This document shows positions 27,822 through 37,616 of a stretch of DNA of 53,966 bases, in pieces. Location: assembly GCA_964462185.1 (NCBI GenBank), contig CAYWWV010000001.1, positions 12,811-66,776 of the forward strand, read 5' to 3'. A model generated the notes under the pieces. It was not told the origin of the DNA, did no database searches, and saw only the letters and a program-made list of their open reading frames with translations. How positions within the stretch are numbered: position 1 is the first letter of the stretch; every line of letters starts with the position of its first letter. This DNA is from an uncultured Candidatus Bathyarchaeia archaeon (GTDB lineage: Archaea; Thermoproteota; Bathyarchaeia; TCS64). A program made the position numbers and the translations under genes.

Positions 27822-28985
27822 ATGAAGCAGATTCTGGAAGACGTGACCATACTCGACTTCACCCACGTTTGGTTCGGCCCCTACTGCACCATGATGCTCG
27901 CCGAGATGGGGGCCAAGGTCATCAAGGTGGAGCCCCCCTGGGGCACCATAGGCCGACTAGGGCCGGGGGAGCTACACCACGGAACCAGCACCACCTTCTA
28001 CGCCCTCAACCTCAACAAGAAGGACATAAGCCTCGACCTCAAGAAGCCCGAGGCCAAGGAGATTGTGAAGGAGCTGGTGAAGCAGAGCGATGTGGTGGTC
28101 CAGAACTTCGCCCCCGGCACCATGGAGAGGCTGGGCCTGGGATACGAAACCCTCCAGCAGTGGAACCCCTCCATCATCTACGCAGCCCTCAGCGGGTTCG
28201 GCCAAACAGGGCCCTACAGCCGATACGGCTCCTACGCCGTCATAGCCGAGGCCATTAGCGGCCACACCTACGCCACGGGCAAGGGCATATCCCTGGACCA
28301 CCCGCCGGTGAACATGGCGGGAGCCCTCGGCGACCTGGGGCCAGCCATGTACGCCGCCTTCTCCATAGTCGCAGCCCTCAGGTACCGGGACAAGACGGGG
28401 AGGGGGCAGATGATCGATGTGGCCCAGGTGGACACCATGGTGGCCTTCAACTGCTGCGCCACCGTGGCCTACGACCTCATAGGGGAGAGCCCCATCGAGA
28501 GGAGGGCTAAGAGGCCCAGGGACCCCAACAGGATCTGGGGCATATTCCAGGTGCGAGACGGGTGGATCCAGGTGGCCGGGGAGCGGGGAAAGGCCATCGA
28601 GAACCTGAAGCAGGAGCTGGGGGTGGAGGAGGTGAACAAGAAGCTGGTGGAGGAGAGGGTGAAGGATATGACCCGGGCTGAGGCCTTCAAGTGGCTGGCG
28701 GAGCTGGGCTTCCCCTGCGCCCCCATCTACGAGGCCTACGAAGCCATGTGGGACCCCCACCTCCAGGCCCGTAACATGTTTGTGGAGGTGGACCACCCCG
28801 TGGCGGGGAGATACAAGGTCCCCAACTTCCCCGTGGTCTTCTCGGAGACGCCTGGAAGGGTGGTCTCGGCGGCCCCCACCCTGGGGCAGCACACCCGGGA
28901 GGTGTTGAGGGAGCGGCTGGGGCTCAGCGAGGAGAGGCTGGACGCCTTGGAGAAGCAGGGCGTCATATACCAGTGGAAGGGCTAG
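27822..28985 (+). CDS. Family III CoA-transferase (CaiB/BaiF type)
   Basis: ILDFTHVWFGPYCTMMLAEMGAKVIKVEPP plus VVQNFAPG. ATG 27822 lies 28 nt after AATATTAC; TTG 27804 is an alternative. Confidence 0.85.
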   Translation: MKQILEDVTILDFTHVWFGPYCTMMLAEMGAKVIKVEPPWGTIGRLGPGELHHGTSTTFYALNLNKKDISLDLKKPEAKEIVKELVKQSDVVVQNFAPGTMERLGLGYETLQQWNPSIIYAALSGFGQTGPYSRYGSYAVIAEAISGHTYATGKGISLDHPPVNMAGALGDLGPAMYAAFSIVAALRYRDKTGRGQMIDVAQVDTMVAFNCCATVAYDLIGESPIERRAKRPRDPNRIWGIFQVRDGWIQVAGERGKAIENLKQELGVEEVNKKLVEERVKDMTRAEAFKWLAELGFPCAPIYEAYEAMWDPHLQARNMFVEVDHPVAGRYKVPNFPVVFSETPGRVVSAAPTLGQHTREVLRERLGLSEERLDALEKQGVIYQWKG

Positions 28986-29551
28986 CCTGAGACCCAGGGG
29001 TTGCCCGCCACATAGAACCTGTAGGGCTCCGGGAGGTCCCTGGTGACCCCCACCCTGGGGCTCCTGGCCACAGGACCCATGGGAGGCGAGTCCAGGACCA
29101 CCACCGGGGATTCACCCCGGGTCACATCCACCCCGTCCAACGACTTATCCACGGCTAGGGCCTGGGAGAGCCTGCCAGGGCCCCGAGTAAGGTCCCGGAG
29201 CCTGCCCGTGGGCCTGTTCCTCCGCATGGCTTCAACCCCCAGGGTGGGCTCCAGGGCTCTCACCAGCACAGCCCCCACACCGTCCCTGTGGGCCACGATG
29301 TTGAGCATCCAATACCTGTGCACATTGTATATGAAGAGCCTGCCCGGCTCCCCGAACATGGCCCGGTTGTACCGCTTCAACCCCCTGTGGGCCCGGCTAG
29401 CCGGGTCGCCAGAGCCGAAGTAGGCCTCGGTCTCCACTATGCGCCCCCCTAAGGCCTCCCCCCCGAGCCTCCTCAGCAGGGTCTTGCCCAGCAGCTCTCG
29501 GGCCACCACCTCGGTGCGGCGGGTGTAGAAGGCCCTCCCCAATGGCGCCAT
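28982..29551 (-). CDS. mpg: DNA-3-methyladenine glycosylase (MPG/AAG family)
   Basis: VARELLGK, GRIVETEAY, DPASRA and GRLFIYNVHRYWMLNIV match the Mpg family pattern. Confidence 0.85.
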   Translation of the reverse strand: MAPLGRAFYTRRTEVVARELLGKTLLRRLGGEALGGRIVETEAYFGSGDPASRAHRGLKRYNRAMFGEPGRLFIYNVHRYWMLNIVAHRDGVGAVLVRALEPTLGVEAMRRNRPTGRLRDLTRGPGRLSQALAVDKSLDGVDVTRGESPVVVLDSPPMGPVARSPRVGVTRDLPEPYRFYVAGNPWVSG

Positions 29552-29613
29552 GGGGGTTTATCCGTGGTCAAGGGTTTAAAACCCTTCAACCCCATTTGGG
29601 TTGGGGCGTTTCA

Positions 29614-30381
29614 ATGGATTGGTTGAGGGTTCTCCTCCAGGTCTCGGAGGAGGTTCGCCGCAGGGTTTGGGAGGCCTACCCGGCGGGGAGGGAGCTGGAT
29701 GTAGACGGGTTCAAAGACCTGTTGGACCAGGTGGCCCAGATGGGGGTGGAGGACTCCCTTAGGAGGCTGGGGGTGGACGCCGATGTTGTGAGCGAGGAGG
29801 GCTCCCTGGTTTTGGGTCGAGGAGGCCCCATCCTGGTGGTGGACCCCGTGGATGGCACCACCAACCTGGCCCGGGGATTCAACCCCGCCACCCTGAGCAT
29901 CAGCGTGGCCACGGCCCCCCGCCAAAGCGCCGTCCAGGCCGCCCTGGTCGCCAACCTATACACCGGTAGGAGCTTCACCGCCCAACTAGGGAGGGGGGCC
30001 AAGCTGGGGGACACCCCCGTGGAGGTGGCTCCACCCATCCCCCTGGAGAAGGCCATGCTGGGCTTCGACACCAGCAAGACGGGGCCTGGGAAGGCTGAAC
30101 AACTCCTCAAGAGAAGCAGGCACACCCGTATGGAGGGCTGCTGTAGCCACAGCATCTGCCAGGTGGCAGCAGGGGCCTTGGACGCCCACATCGACTTGAG
30201 GGGTGTGTTGAGGGCCACCGATGTCAGCGCGGGGCTGTTCATCCTGAGGGAGGCGGGGGGGGTCTACTGGTTGAACGGGGTGGACATGGGCGACCTCGAG
30301 CTAGCCGAGGACTCCAGGTGCAGCCTGGTGGCCGCCAGCGGACCCGGCCTCCTAAAAGAGATCAAGGAGACCATGGGTTGA
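29614..30381 (+). CDS. Inositol monophosphatase / FBPase-family phosphatase
   Basis: VVSEEG ... VVDPVDGTTNLARG metal-binding motifs. ATG 29614 was chosen because the tracked extension overlaps mpg. Confidence 0.75.
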   Translation: MDWLRVLLQVSEEVRRRVWEAYPAGRELDVDGFKDLLDQVAQMGVEDSLRRLGVDADVVSEEGSLVLGRGGPILVVDPVDGTTNLARGFNPATLSISVATAPRQSAVQAALVANLYTGRSFTAQLGRGAKLGDTPVEVAPPIPLEKAMLGFDTSKTGPGKAEQLLKRSRHTRMEGCCSHSICQVAAGALDAHIDLRGVLRATDVSAGLFILREAGGVYWLNGVDMGDLELAEDSRCSLVAASGPGLLKEIKETMG

Positions 30382-31070
30382 GGTACCCCACCACCCCCCT
30401 ACCCGCAACCCTGGTTGAGAGGCCCAACAGGTTCCTCGCCATCGTCCAGTTGAATGGAACCCCCACCCCCTGCCACCTACCCAACCCAGGCAGGATGGTG
30501 GAGCTCATGACCCCGGGGAAGCGAGTCTACCTTCTCCCCAGGCAGGGGGAGGGGAGGAAAACAAGATACGACCTGGTCCTGGTGGACCACGAGGGGGTCT
30601 TGGTGAGCGTGGACAGCAGGGCCCCAAACAAGCTCATCGCCGAGGCGCTGGAGAGGGGCGCGTTAGAGCCCTTCCAGGGGCTTCGCCTTGAGAAGGCCGA
30701 GCCGGCGGTGGGGAGTAGACGGCTGGACCTCCTTCTAACGAACAAGCGTGGGAGAGTCTACATAGAGGCCAAGAGCTGCACCCTGGTGAGGGGAGGGGTG
30801 GCCCTATTCCCAGATGCCCCCACCAAGCGGGGGGTCCACCACATGGAGGCCCTGCTGGGCTTGGCGCCCAAAGCCAGGGCCGCCGTGGTCTTCGTGGTTC
30901 AGCGCCCCGACGCCCACCAATTCCAACCCAACGATGAAACAGACCCCCAATTCGCCAGAAGCCTGCGCAAAGCCGTGGCCGCGGGGGTCGAGGCCTACGC
31001 CTACAAGTGTAGGGTAACCCTGGAGGGGGTTGAGGTCCAAGACTCTGTCCCGGTTCGACTAAACGGTTGA
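30378..31070 (+). CDS. sfsA: SfsA-family (sugar fermentation stimulation / nuclease-fold) protein
   Basis: TLVERPNRFLAIV ... CHLPNPGRM ... YIEAKS ... FPDAPTKRG pattern as in SfsA. TTG 30378 overlaps the upstream stop. Confidence 0.8.
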   Translation: MRYPTTPLPATLVERPNRFLAIVQLNGTPTPCHLPNPGRMVELMTPGKRVYLLPRQGEGRKTRYDLVLVDHEGVLVSVDSRAPNKLIAEALERGALEPFQGLRLEKAEPAVGSRRLDLLLTNKRGRVYIEAKSCTLVRGGVALFPDAPTKRGVHHMEALLGLAPKARAAVVFVVQRPDAHQFQPNDETDPQFARSLRKAVAAGVEAYAYKCRVTLEGVEVQDSVPVRLNG

Positions 31071-31178
31071 AAAAGCAACTCAACACCCAATTAGAGTCGA
31101 AACAAGGGGATTTCCCCCCTCCCTCTATAAGATGATTTTTAAGCCTCCAAGGGGATTAAATCGAAAGAGGCCGCCCCC

Positions 31179-31487
31179 ATGGGTAAGAAGAAGGTACTCA
31201 GCGAGAAGAATCTCAGGAAGATGGTCTACCCCAGCGAGAACGATGTGCTGGGGGTGGTCCAGAAGTTACTGGGTTTCGACCGGGTACTAGTCAAATGCCA
31301 GGACGGCCATGTGAGGACCTGCCGCATAAGGGGAAAGATGAAGAGGCGGACCTGGATAAGGGAGGGGGACGTGGTTCTCGTCAGTCCCTGGGACTTCCAG
31401 AGCGAGGAGAGGGGTGAGATCTTCCACCGCTACACCGCCAACCAGGTGGAGGAACTCAGAAGGAAGGGCATTCTACTCATAGATTAA
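31179..31487 (+). CDS. eif1a: Translation initiation factor aIF-1A
   Basis: 102-aa S1/OB protein with GVVQKLLGFDRVLVKCQDGHVRTCRIRGKM...GDVVLVSPWDF. Confidence 0.9.
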   Translation: MGKKKVLSEKNLRKMVYPSENDVLGVVQKLLGFDRVLVKCQDGHVRTCRIRGKMKRRTWIREGDVVLVSPWDFQSEERGEIFHRYTANQVEELRRKGILLID

Positions 31488-31491
31488 GCCG

Positions 31492-32307
31492 GTGGAGCCA
31501 GAAATGTCGAGAGACGAGGAGTTCGAGGAGAGAGGCGAGAAGCTGGTTCGCCGATACGAGGAGGAAGCCCTCTTCAAGGAGAAGAACAAGGAAGAGTTCC
31601 GTGTAATAGAGGAGGTCTTCGACCGTTTAACCCTCCAGGGTATCTACAAGCTATTCAACCGCGGCGTCATAGAAGACCTATACGGGGTGGTCAAGTCCGG
31701 GAAGGAGGCCCGCGTCTACTACGCCACCAACCCCCAGGGGGAGGACCTGGCGGTGAAGATATACTACACCCATACCGCCGAGTTCAGAAAGGGGATGGTT
31801 CAGTACATCGTTGGGGATCCCCGCTTCAAGAGGATAAGAAGAAACGTGCGAAGCCTGGTCTACGCCTGGAACCAGAAGGAGTTCAACAACCTCCAGCTCT
31901 GCCAAGAGGCAGGCGTCAAAGTCCCAAAGCCCATAGACTTCTATAGAAACATCCTCGTCATGGAGTTCATCGGGAAGGGGGGAACCCCCGCACCCCTCTT
32001 AAAGGAGGCTCCCCCAGAGGACGCCCAGGCGTTTTACCAAGCCATACTGGAGGATATGAGGACCATGTGGACACAAGCGGGCCTAGTGCACGGCGATCTA
32101 AGCGAGTACAACATTATGAACTGGGAGAACAAGCCGGTGATATTCGACGTAAGCCAAGCCATGCTGACCAACAGCGACCTGGCCCCCAGCCTACTTGAAC
32201 GGGACATATCTAACGTAAACGGCTTCTTTTCCAGGCTGGGAGTGGAGACCAGGCCCCATGACGAGTTGAGGGAGTGGATAACCGGTGGAACACTCGACCC
32301 ATATTAA
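31492..32307 (+). CDS. rio1: RIO-type serine protein kinase
   Basis: GVVKSGKEARVYYA (flexible-loop/ATP Lys), LVHGDLSEYNIM and FDVSQA. GTG 31492 or ATG 31504. Confidence 0.9.
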   Translation: MEPEMSRDEEFEERGEKLVRRYEEEALFKEKNKEEFRVIEEVFDRLTLQGIYKLFNRGVIEDLYGVVKSGKEARVYYATNPQGEDLAVKIYYTHTAEFRKGMVQYIVGDPRFKRIRRNVRSLVYAWNQKEFNNLQLCQEAGVKVPKPIDFYRNILVMEFIGKGGTPAPLLKEAPPEDAQAFYQAILEDMRTMWTQAGLVHGDLSEYNIMNWENKPVIFDVSQAMLTNSDLAPSLLERDISNVNGFFSRLGVETRPHDELREWITGGTLDPY

Positions 32308-32869
32308 GATCCCCATGGAGAGGGTTGGAGTCCTCATAGGCCCCCATGGGGAGACCAAGAAGAGGATCGAGGAAACCCTTCAAGTAGACTTGAAGGTCGA
32401 TGGGGAAAGCGGGGATGTGGAGATAAGGGTGAGGCCCAACCAGAGCGATGTCTCCGTGCTTCTGGCGGCCTCCAACATAGTTAGGGCTATTGGGAGAGGT
32501 TTTTCGCCTTGGAGGGCCTGGAGGCTGAGGGATGAGGACAATGAGCTGCTCATCCTAGACCTAGAGGACTATGTGGGTAGAAGCAGGAACGCCCAAAACA
32601 GGGTGAAGGGGAGGATCATAGGTAAAAGGGGGAAGAGCCGGGCCATGCTGGAGGAGCTAACCGAGTGCGCCATAAGCGTCTACGGGGGGACGGTGGCCAT
32701 CATCGGAACATATGAGAGGCTGCCGGTGGCCAAGGAAGCCGTGGAGATGCTCATAGGGGGCGCCTTCCACAAAACAGTATGGAATCACCTTTATTCCTAT
32801 AGGCGTAAATTGAAGAAGGAGAGAGGAGAACTCTGGTTTGAGCCGAGGAGAAGGGCCCGTAGTGGATGA
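32285..32869 (+). CDS. KH-domain RNA-binding protein (Dim2/Pno1-like)
   Basis: IKIPMERVGVLIGPHGETKKRIE and a second IIGKRGKSRAMLEE KH GXXG loop. This is the conserved aIF1A-Rio-KH order. Confidence 0.75.
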   Translation: MEHSTHIKIPMERVGVLIGPHGETKKRIEETLQVDLKVDGESGDVEIRVRPNQSDVSVLLAASNIVRAIGRGFSPWRAWRLRDEDNELLILDLEDYVGRSRNAQNRVKGRIIGKRGKSRAMLEELTECAISVYGGTVAIIGTYERLPVAKEAVEMLIGGAFHKTVWNHLYSYRRKLKKERGELWFEPRRRARSG

Positions 32870-34445
32870 GCTTGAATACCAGTCTATAAGCCCCTCAGAC
32901 TTCTTCTACCGAAACAGGGAGATAGCGGGCTTCAGCAACCCCAGCAGGGCCACCTACACGGCCGTTCGGGAGCTCCTTGAGAACAGCTTGGACGCCTGCG
33001 AGACGGGGAGAACCCCCCCAGACATCTTCCTCCGGATAACAGAGGTGGAAGACCACCGCGACACCGAGACCAAGATATACAAGCTGAGGGTGGAGGACAA
33101 TGGCATCGGCGTCCCCCCCGAGCACATCCCCAAGGCCTTCGGCCAGGTCTTCTACGGCACCAAGTATGAGTTGAAGCAGGCCCGGGGAACCTTCGGCCTG
33201 GGAGGCACCATGGCCGTCCTCTACGGGCAGATCACCACCAATAAACCCGTGAAGGTGGTGAGCAGCACAGGCAAAGTCATCCACAAGTTCCAACTCACCA
33301 TAGACATCCAGAACAACCGGGCCAACATACTCGAACACGTGGTGGAGGAGAACCCCTCCAAGTGGCATGGGACAGCCATAGAACTCCAGATGGACGGCGA
33401 CTACAGCCGTGTGATGTACCGACTCATAGAATACCTTAAACAGACGGCCATGGTGGTGCCCTACGCCGACATAACATATGTGGACCCCAAGGGGAGGCTC
33501 TACAAGTTTGAAAGGGCCACCGAGAAGATGCCTCCCCTACCTAAATCGGTTCTACCCCACCCACACGGGGTGGATGTGGAAACATTCAAGAGGCTGCTGG
33601 CGGCGGACAAGTCTGCCACCATGAAACAGTTCATGGTGTCGAATTTCCAGGGGGTGGGCCCCAAGACGGCGGAGCGGTTCCTGGAGATGGCTGGGGTGAA
33701 GCCCAACTCCAAACCCGAGAAGCTGAAACCCGAGGACATAGTCCGGATAGTCAGAACCACCAAGGAGTTCAAAGACTTCAAGCGCCCCATCGCCAGCTGC
33801 CTCAGCCCCATAGGCGAGGAACTCCTCAAAACCGGGATCACCAAGGAGCTGGGCCTCACCCAAGACGACTACATAAACGTTGTCACCCGCAAACCCTGCA
33901 CATACCTTGGGTTCCCATTCATAGTTGAGGTAGCCGTGGCCACCGGCCCCACCATCAGGAAAACCCTGGGCCCAGGCATAACCATATACAGGTTCGCCAA
34001 CAGAATCCCCCTACTTTTCGACGAGGGGAGCGGGGTCATATGGAAAGCCGTCAACAAGAACATCAATTGGAAGACCTACAGCGTGGAGCCCGAGACCCCA
34101 CTACTGGTGGCCGTCCACGTCTGCAGCACCAAGATCCCCTACAAGAGCGTGGGCAAGGAGTTTATGGCCGACCAGCCCGAGGTGGAGAGGGAGATCACCA
34201 ACGCCATCAGGGAGGCGGCCCGTGGAGTCAGGGCCTTCATAAGGCGGAGAACCAGGCTCCAGAGGGAGCGCAGGAGGCTCAACACCTTCGCAAAATACCT
34301 GCCGAAGATAGCCGAGTTCAGCGCCAGGTTGGCAGAGCTCGAGGAGCCCCCAGATGTGAAGCCCCTGCTGAGGATGGTTAGCGCCAACCTGCCCGAGGTG
34401 GAGAAGAAACTGGAGGAGGTGCCCGTGATTGTCGAAACAGAGTGA
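32838..34445 (+). CDS. top6B: DNA topoisomerase VI subunit B
   Basis: ISPSDFFYRNREIAGF..., TAVRELLENSLDA (Bergerat fold N-box) and DNGIGV. The start could be GTG 32862. Confidence 0.95.
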   Translation: MSRGEGPVVDELEYQSISPSDFFYRNREIAGFSNPSRATYTAVRELLENSLDACETGRTPPDIFLRITEVEDHRDTETKIYKLRVEDNGIGVPPEHIPKAFGQVFYGTKYELKQARGTFGLGGTMAVLYGQITTNKPVKVVSSTGKVIHKFQLTIDIQNNRANILEHVVEENPSKWHGTAIELQMDGDYSRVMYRLIEYLKQTAMVVPYADITYVDPKGRLYKFERATEKMPPLPKSVLPHPHGVDVETFKRLLAADKSATMKQFMVSNFQGVGPKTAERFLEMAGVKPNSKPEKLKPEDIVRIVRTTKEFKDFKRPIASCLSPIGEELLKTGITKELGLTQDDYINVVTRKPCTYLGFPFIVEVAVATGPTIRKTLGPGITIYRFANRIPLLFDEGSGVIWKAVNKNINWKTYSVEPETPLLVAVHVCSTKIPYKSVGKEFMADQPEVEREITNAIREAARGVRAFIRRRTRLQRERRRLNTFAKYLPKIAEFSARLAELEEPPDVKPLLRMVSANLPEVEKKLEEVPVIVETE

Positions 34446-35511
34446 GGCCGAGCGTAAAAGGCTGGCCATGGAGAAGAGTCTGACCCAGCTGGGGCTCCTC
34501 ATATGCGAGCAGATACAGAACCAGGAGTTCCCCTGGATTCATATGCAGAGCAGGAGCACCGACAACATCATCTACGACCCCGAGGAGCGGCAGTATGTTT
34601 TGGGTCCCAGGATGATTAGGCGCCACAGCCGGAACATCCGACACATCAGGCCCTTCACCCAGCTCATCTGGACCAGTTGGTTCGCCAAGGAGCTGGTGAA
34701 ACATCGAAAGACCAGCACCCTGAGGGAGGTCTACTACTCCGCCAGAGGCCAGAGAGACATAGAGTACAGCAGCCAACAAGAGTCGGATAGCATCATCACA
34801 GACCTGGAGGTGGCCCTTAACAGGGCCAGGGAAGACTTCCACATATTCCCAGAGGAGAGGTCGGCCATCTTCGGCGACCTCACCATAGAGTACACCGTGC
34901 CAGGGTACGAGGGGAGGCGAACCAACCTGACGGACCACCCCGACGGGATCATGATTGGGCCCGCCGTCACCAGCTCCGAATTCGTGGAGACCAGCGCAGA
35001 CAAGGTGCTGGTCATCGAGAAAGGCGCCATGTTCACACGCCTAGTGGAGGAGCAGGCCCACAAGAGGTTCAACGCCATCCTCATCCACACCGCAGGGCAG
35101 AGCCCCAGGTCCACCCGCAGCATCATCAACAGGCTAAACAAAGAATACGGCCTACCAGTCTACATCTTCACCGACGGAGACCCCTGGGGCGTCCACATAG
35201 CCATGGTGATCATAAGCGGCTCCGCCAACGCCGCACACCTGAGGGGGCTCACCACCCCCGACGCCAAGTGGATCGGCGTCTGGGGCACCGACATAATCAA
35301 ATACAAGCTCCCCACCGAACCCCTCACCGAGTTCGACAAGAAGAGGCTGCAGGAGCTTAAGAACGACCCCCGCTACAAGGACGACCTCTGGCAGAGGGAG
35401 TTGGACATCTACATTAAGCTGGAGAAGAAAGCAGAGCTTGAGGCCTTCAGCAGGTACGGGTTGAACTACATAGTGGAGAAGTACCTGCCAGACAAGCTGG
35501 GGGGGCAATGA
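34429..35511 (+). CDS. top6A: DNA topoisomerase VI subunit A (Spo11-like)
   Basis: TLREVYYSA (catalytic Tyr region), VLVIEKGAMF, and Toprim IFTDGDPWG. The start could be ATG 34468. Confidence 0.95.
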   Translation: MSKQSEAERKRLAMEKSLTQLGLLICEQIQNQEFPWIHMQSRSTDNIIYDPEERQYVLGPRMIRRHSRNIRHIRPFTQLIWTSWFAKELVKHRKTSTLREVYYSARGQRDIEYSSQQESDSIITDLEVALNRAREDFHIFPEERSAIFGDLTIEYTVPGYEGRRTNLTDHPDGIMIGPAVTSSEFVETSADKVLVIEKGAMFTRLVEEQAHKRFNAILIHTAGQSPRSTRSIINRLNKEYGLPVYIFTDGDPWGVHIAMVIISGSANAAHLRGLTTPDAKWIGVWGTDIIKYKLPTEPLTEFDKKRLQELKNDPRYKDDLWQRELDIYIKLEKKAELEAFSRYGLNYIVEKYLPDKLGGQ

Positions 35512-35544
35512 TTTAAACCCTGAAGCCGAGATGAGGAGAGGGCG

Positions 35545-35748
35545 ATGCCATCAATCCGACTAAGCCTGGACAACCTGGCCTCCATCCTAGGGGCCATAGT
35601 ATTCATAGCCACGGGGGCCCTCCTCCTGGCCCATGCATCCAGCACAGCGGTCCCCACCAGCCTGGGCGCCTTGAAAGCCCTGGCAGCCCTCGAAATACTG
35701 GCAGGCGTAATACTGCTATGGATTGGTGGGGTCAGATTTGAAGGCTAA
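35545..35748 (+). CDS. Small hypothetical membrane protein
   Basis: 67 aa with two hydrophobic segments. ATG is preceded by GAGGAGAGGG. No family recognised. Confidence 0.35.
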   Translation: MPSIRLSLDNLASILGAIVFIATGALLLAHASSTAVPTSLGALKALAALEILAGVILLWIGGVRFEG

Positions 35749-36481
35749 GGGAGTGGTCATGGCGGGGGGGCTGGGAACCAGGTTCAGGCCCCTCACCTAC
35801 TACCTCCAGAAATGCATGGTCCCCGTAGGCCCCCAACAAAAACCCATACTGGAATACATCCTACGCCTATACCGCCACCACCACATCCGAGACATCACCC
35901 TCCTCGTCGGCTACAAACACCAGCAAATACGTAACTACTTCGGCGACGGCTCCAGGCTGGGGCTAACACTCACCTATGTAGAAGACAGGCCGGGTTGGAA
36001 GGGTAGCGGGATGGCCCTCCTCAACGCCTACTTGGAGGGGGTTTTATCGGAGGAGGAAACCCTGCTGGTCTATTACGGGGATATTCTCAGCAGCCTCAAC
36101 CTTAGGTCCATGCTGGGACACCACTGGGAGACGGGTTGCAAGGCCACCCTAGCTTTAACCAAGGGGCTCAAGGTCAATGAGGGCGTGGCCAAGGTGGAGG
36201 GGGGGCTGGTCAAGGAGTTCCGGGAGAAGCCTACCCTGGAGTTCAACGCCACCATAGGCGTCTTGGCCCTGGAGGGAGAGGTCTTGCCCTCGCTGCAATC
36301 CATGGGGGCGGGGGAGGGGAGCCTGGACCTCATGGGGGACGTCATCCAGGGTTTGGTGGGGCAAGGGGAGAGGGTGGGGGCCTACGTAACCGACGCCTTC
36401 TGGTACGATGTGGGCAGCGTTGAGAGGCTTGAGAGGCTGGACCCTGAGGTCTTCACTCGGGAGATGGGCTTCCTCCAATAG
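35738..36481 (+). CDS. Sugar-phosphate nucleotidyltransferase
   Basis: VVMAGGLGTRFRPLT signature. The start is uncertain (TTG 35738, GTG 35753 or ATG 35759). Confidence 0.7.
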   Translation: MKAKGVVMAGGLGTRFRPLTYYLQKCMVPVGPQQKPILEYILRLYRHHHIRDITLLVGYKHQQIRNYFGDGSRLGLTLTYVEDRPGWKGSGMALLNAYLEGVLSEEETLLVYYGDILSSLNLRSMLGHHWETGCKATLALTKGLKVNEGVAKVEGGLVKEFREKPTLEFNATIGVLALEGEVLPSLQSMGAGEGSLDLMGDVIQGLVGQGERVGAYVTDAFWYDVGSVERLERLDPEVFTREMGFLQ

Positions 36482-36527
36482 TTCGATAGATTCTTAACTC
36501 CAGCCAAGTCCTCTAAGACTGATCGAG

Positions 36528-37616
36528 TTGAAGACCCTTGTCCTAGCGGGTGGGTTCGGGACCAGGCTCAGACCTCTAAGCTGCACCAGGCCCAAGGCTC
36601 TTTTCCCCATAGCCAACAAACCCCTCATCGACTTCGTGTTGGAGTACCTAAAGTCCCACGGGGTGGAGACGGTGGTAATGGGGGTTTACTATATGGCGGA
36701 GGACATTGTGAGGTATCTGGGGCCCACCAAGAATGGGTTAGGCATCCTCTACTCCCGGGAGCAGAGGCCCATGGGCACGGGGGGGCCCGTTAGGAAGGCC
36801 TTGGATTTACTCAACGAGGAGACCTTCACCGTTATGAATGGGGACATAATCACCGACTTCGACATGGGGGAGCTGGTGAGGCGCCACAAGAAGTTTGGAG
36901 GGGTGGCCACCGTGGCCTTAACGCGGGTTGAGAACCCCCACATATATGGCTCTGTGGTGCTTGGGGAGGATGGATTGATCAAGAGGTTTGTGGAGAAACC
37001 CGAGTATGGGAAGGCGCCCAGCAATCTGGTGAACGCGGGGATATATGTGTTCGAGCCCGAGATTGTGGACTATATTCCGGAGGATGGGAAGATTCGGATA
37101 GAGACCCAGGCCTTCCCAGTGCTGGTGGAGGAGGGCCAGTTGTATGGCTTCGAGAAAGAGTGTTTCTGGCTGGATGTGGGCTCCCCAGAGGACTACCTTA
37201 GGGCCAACCACCATGTTCTCACCAGGATGGGGGGGAACCACCAGTGCGAGTCTGCCCAGGTGGCCTCCACCGCCAAGTTGATGGAGCCCTGCATAATAGG
37301 GGAGGGGGTCTCGGTGGGGGAGGACTCCCAGGTGGGGCCCAACGTCTCCTTGGGGGATGGAGTCTCCATCGGTAAGGGGTGCTTGGTGGAGAACAGCATC
37401 TTGTTCCCGGGGGCGGTGGTGGAGGACTATAGTAGTGTTAAGGGGGCTATCCTGGGGGAGAATTGTGTCATCGAGAAGTGGGTGAAGGTGGAGGAGGGGA
37501 GCTTGATAGGGGACTTCGCCCAGATAGCTAGTGGGGTCACAGTCACCCGGGGGGTGAGTATCTGCCCAAGCAAGTTCATCGAGGAAAGCATACTAGAGCC
37601 CCGAAAAGTGATGTGA
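36528..37616 (+). CDS. Sugar-1-phosphate nucleotidyltransferase with a C-terminal left-handed beta-helix (GlmU/ST0452-like)
   Basis: LVLAGGFGTRLRPLS N-terminal domain. C-terminal hexapeptide repeats (IGEGVSVGEDSQVGPNVSLGDGVSIG...). Directly followed by a phosphohexomutase gene. Confidence 0.75.
   Translation: MKTLVLAGGFGTRLRPLSCTRPKALFPIANKPLIDFVLEYLKSHGVETVVMGVYYMAEDIVRYLGPTKNGLGILYSREQRPMGTGGPVRKALDLLNEETFTVMNGDIITDFDMGELVRRHKKFGGVATVALTRVENPHIYGSVVLGEDGLIKRFVEKPEYGKAPSNLVNAGIYVFEPEIVDYIPEDGKIRIETQAFPVLVEEGQLYGFEKECFWLDVGSPEDYLRANHHVLTRMGGNHQCESAQVASTAKLMEPCIIGEGVSVGEDSQVGPNVSLGDGVSIGKGCLVENSILFPGAVVEDYSSVKGAILGENCVIEKWVKVEEGSLIGDFAQIASGVTVTRGVSICPSKFIEESILEPRKVM

Noticed and set aside
27972-28892. 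306-aa ORF antisense to the CoA-transferase gene
   Set aside because: It is a shadow ORF with no motif, and the sense frame is unambiguous.
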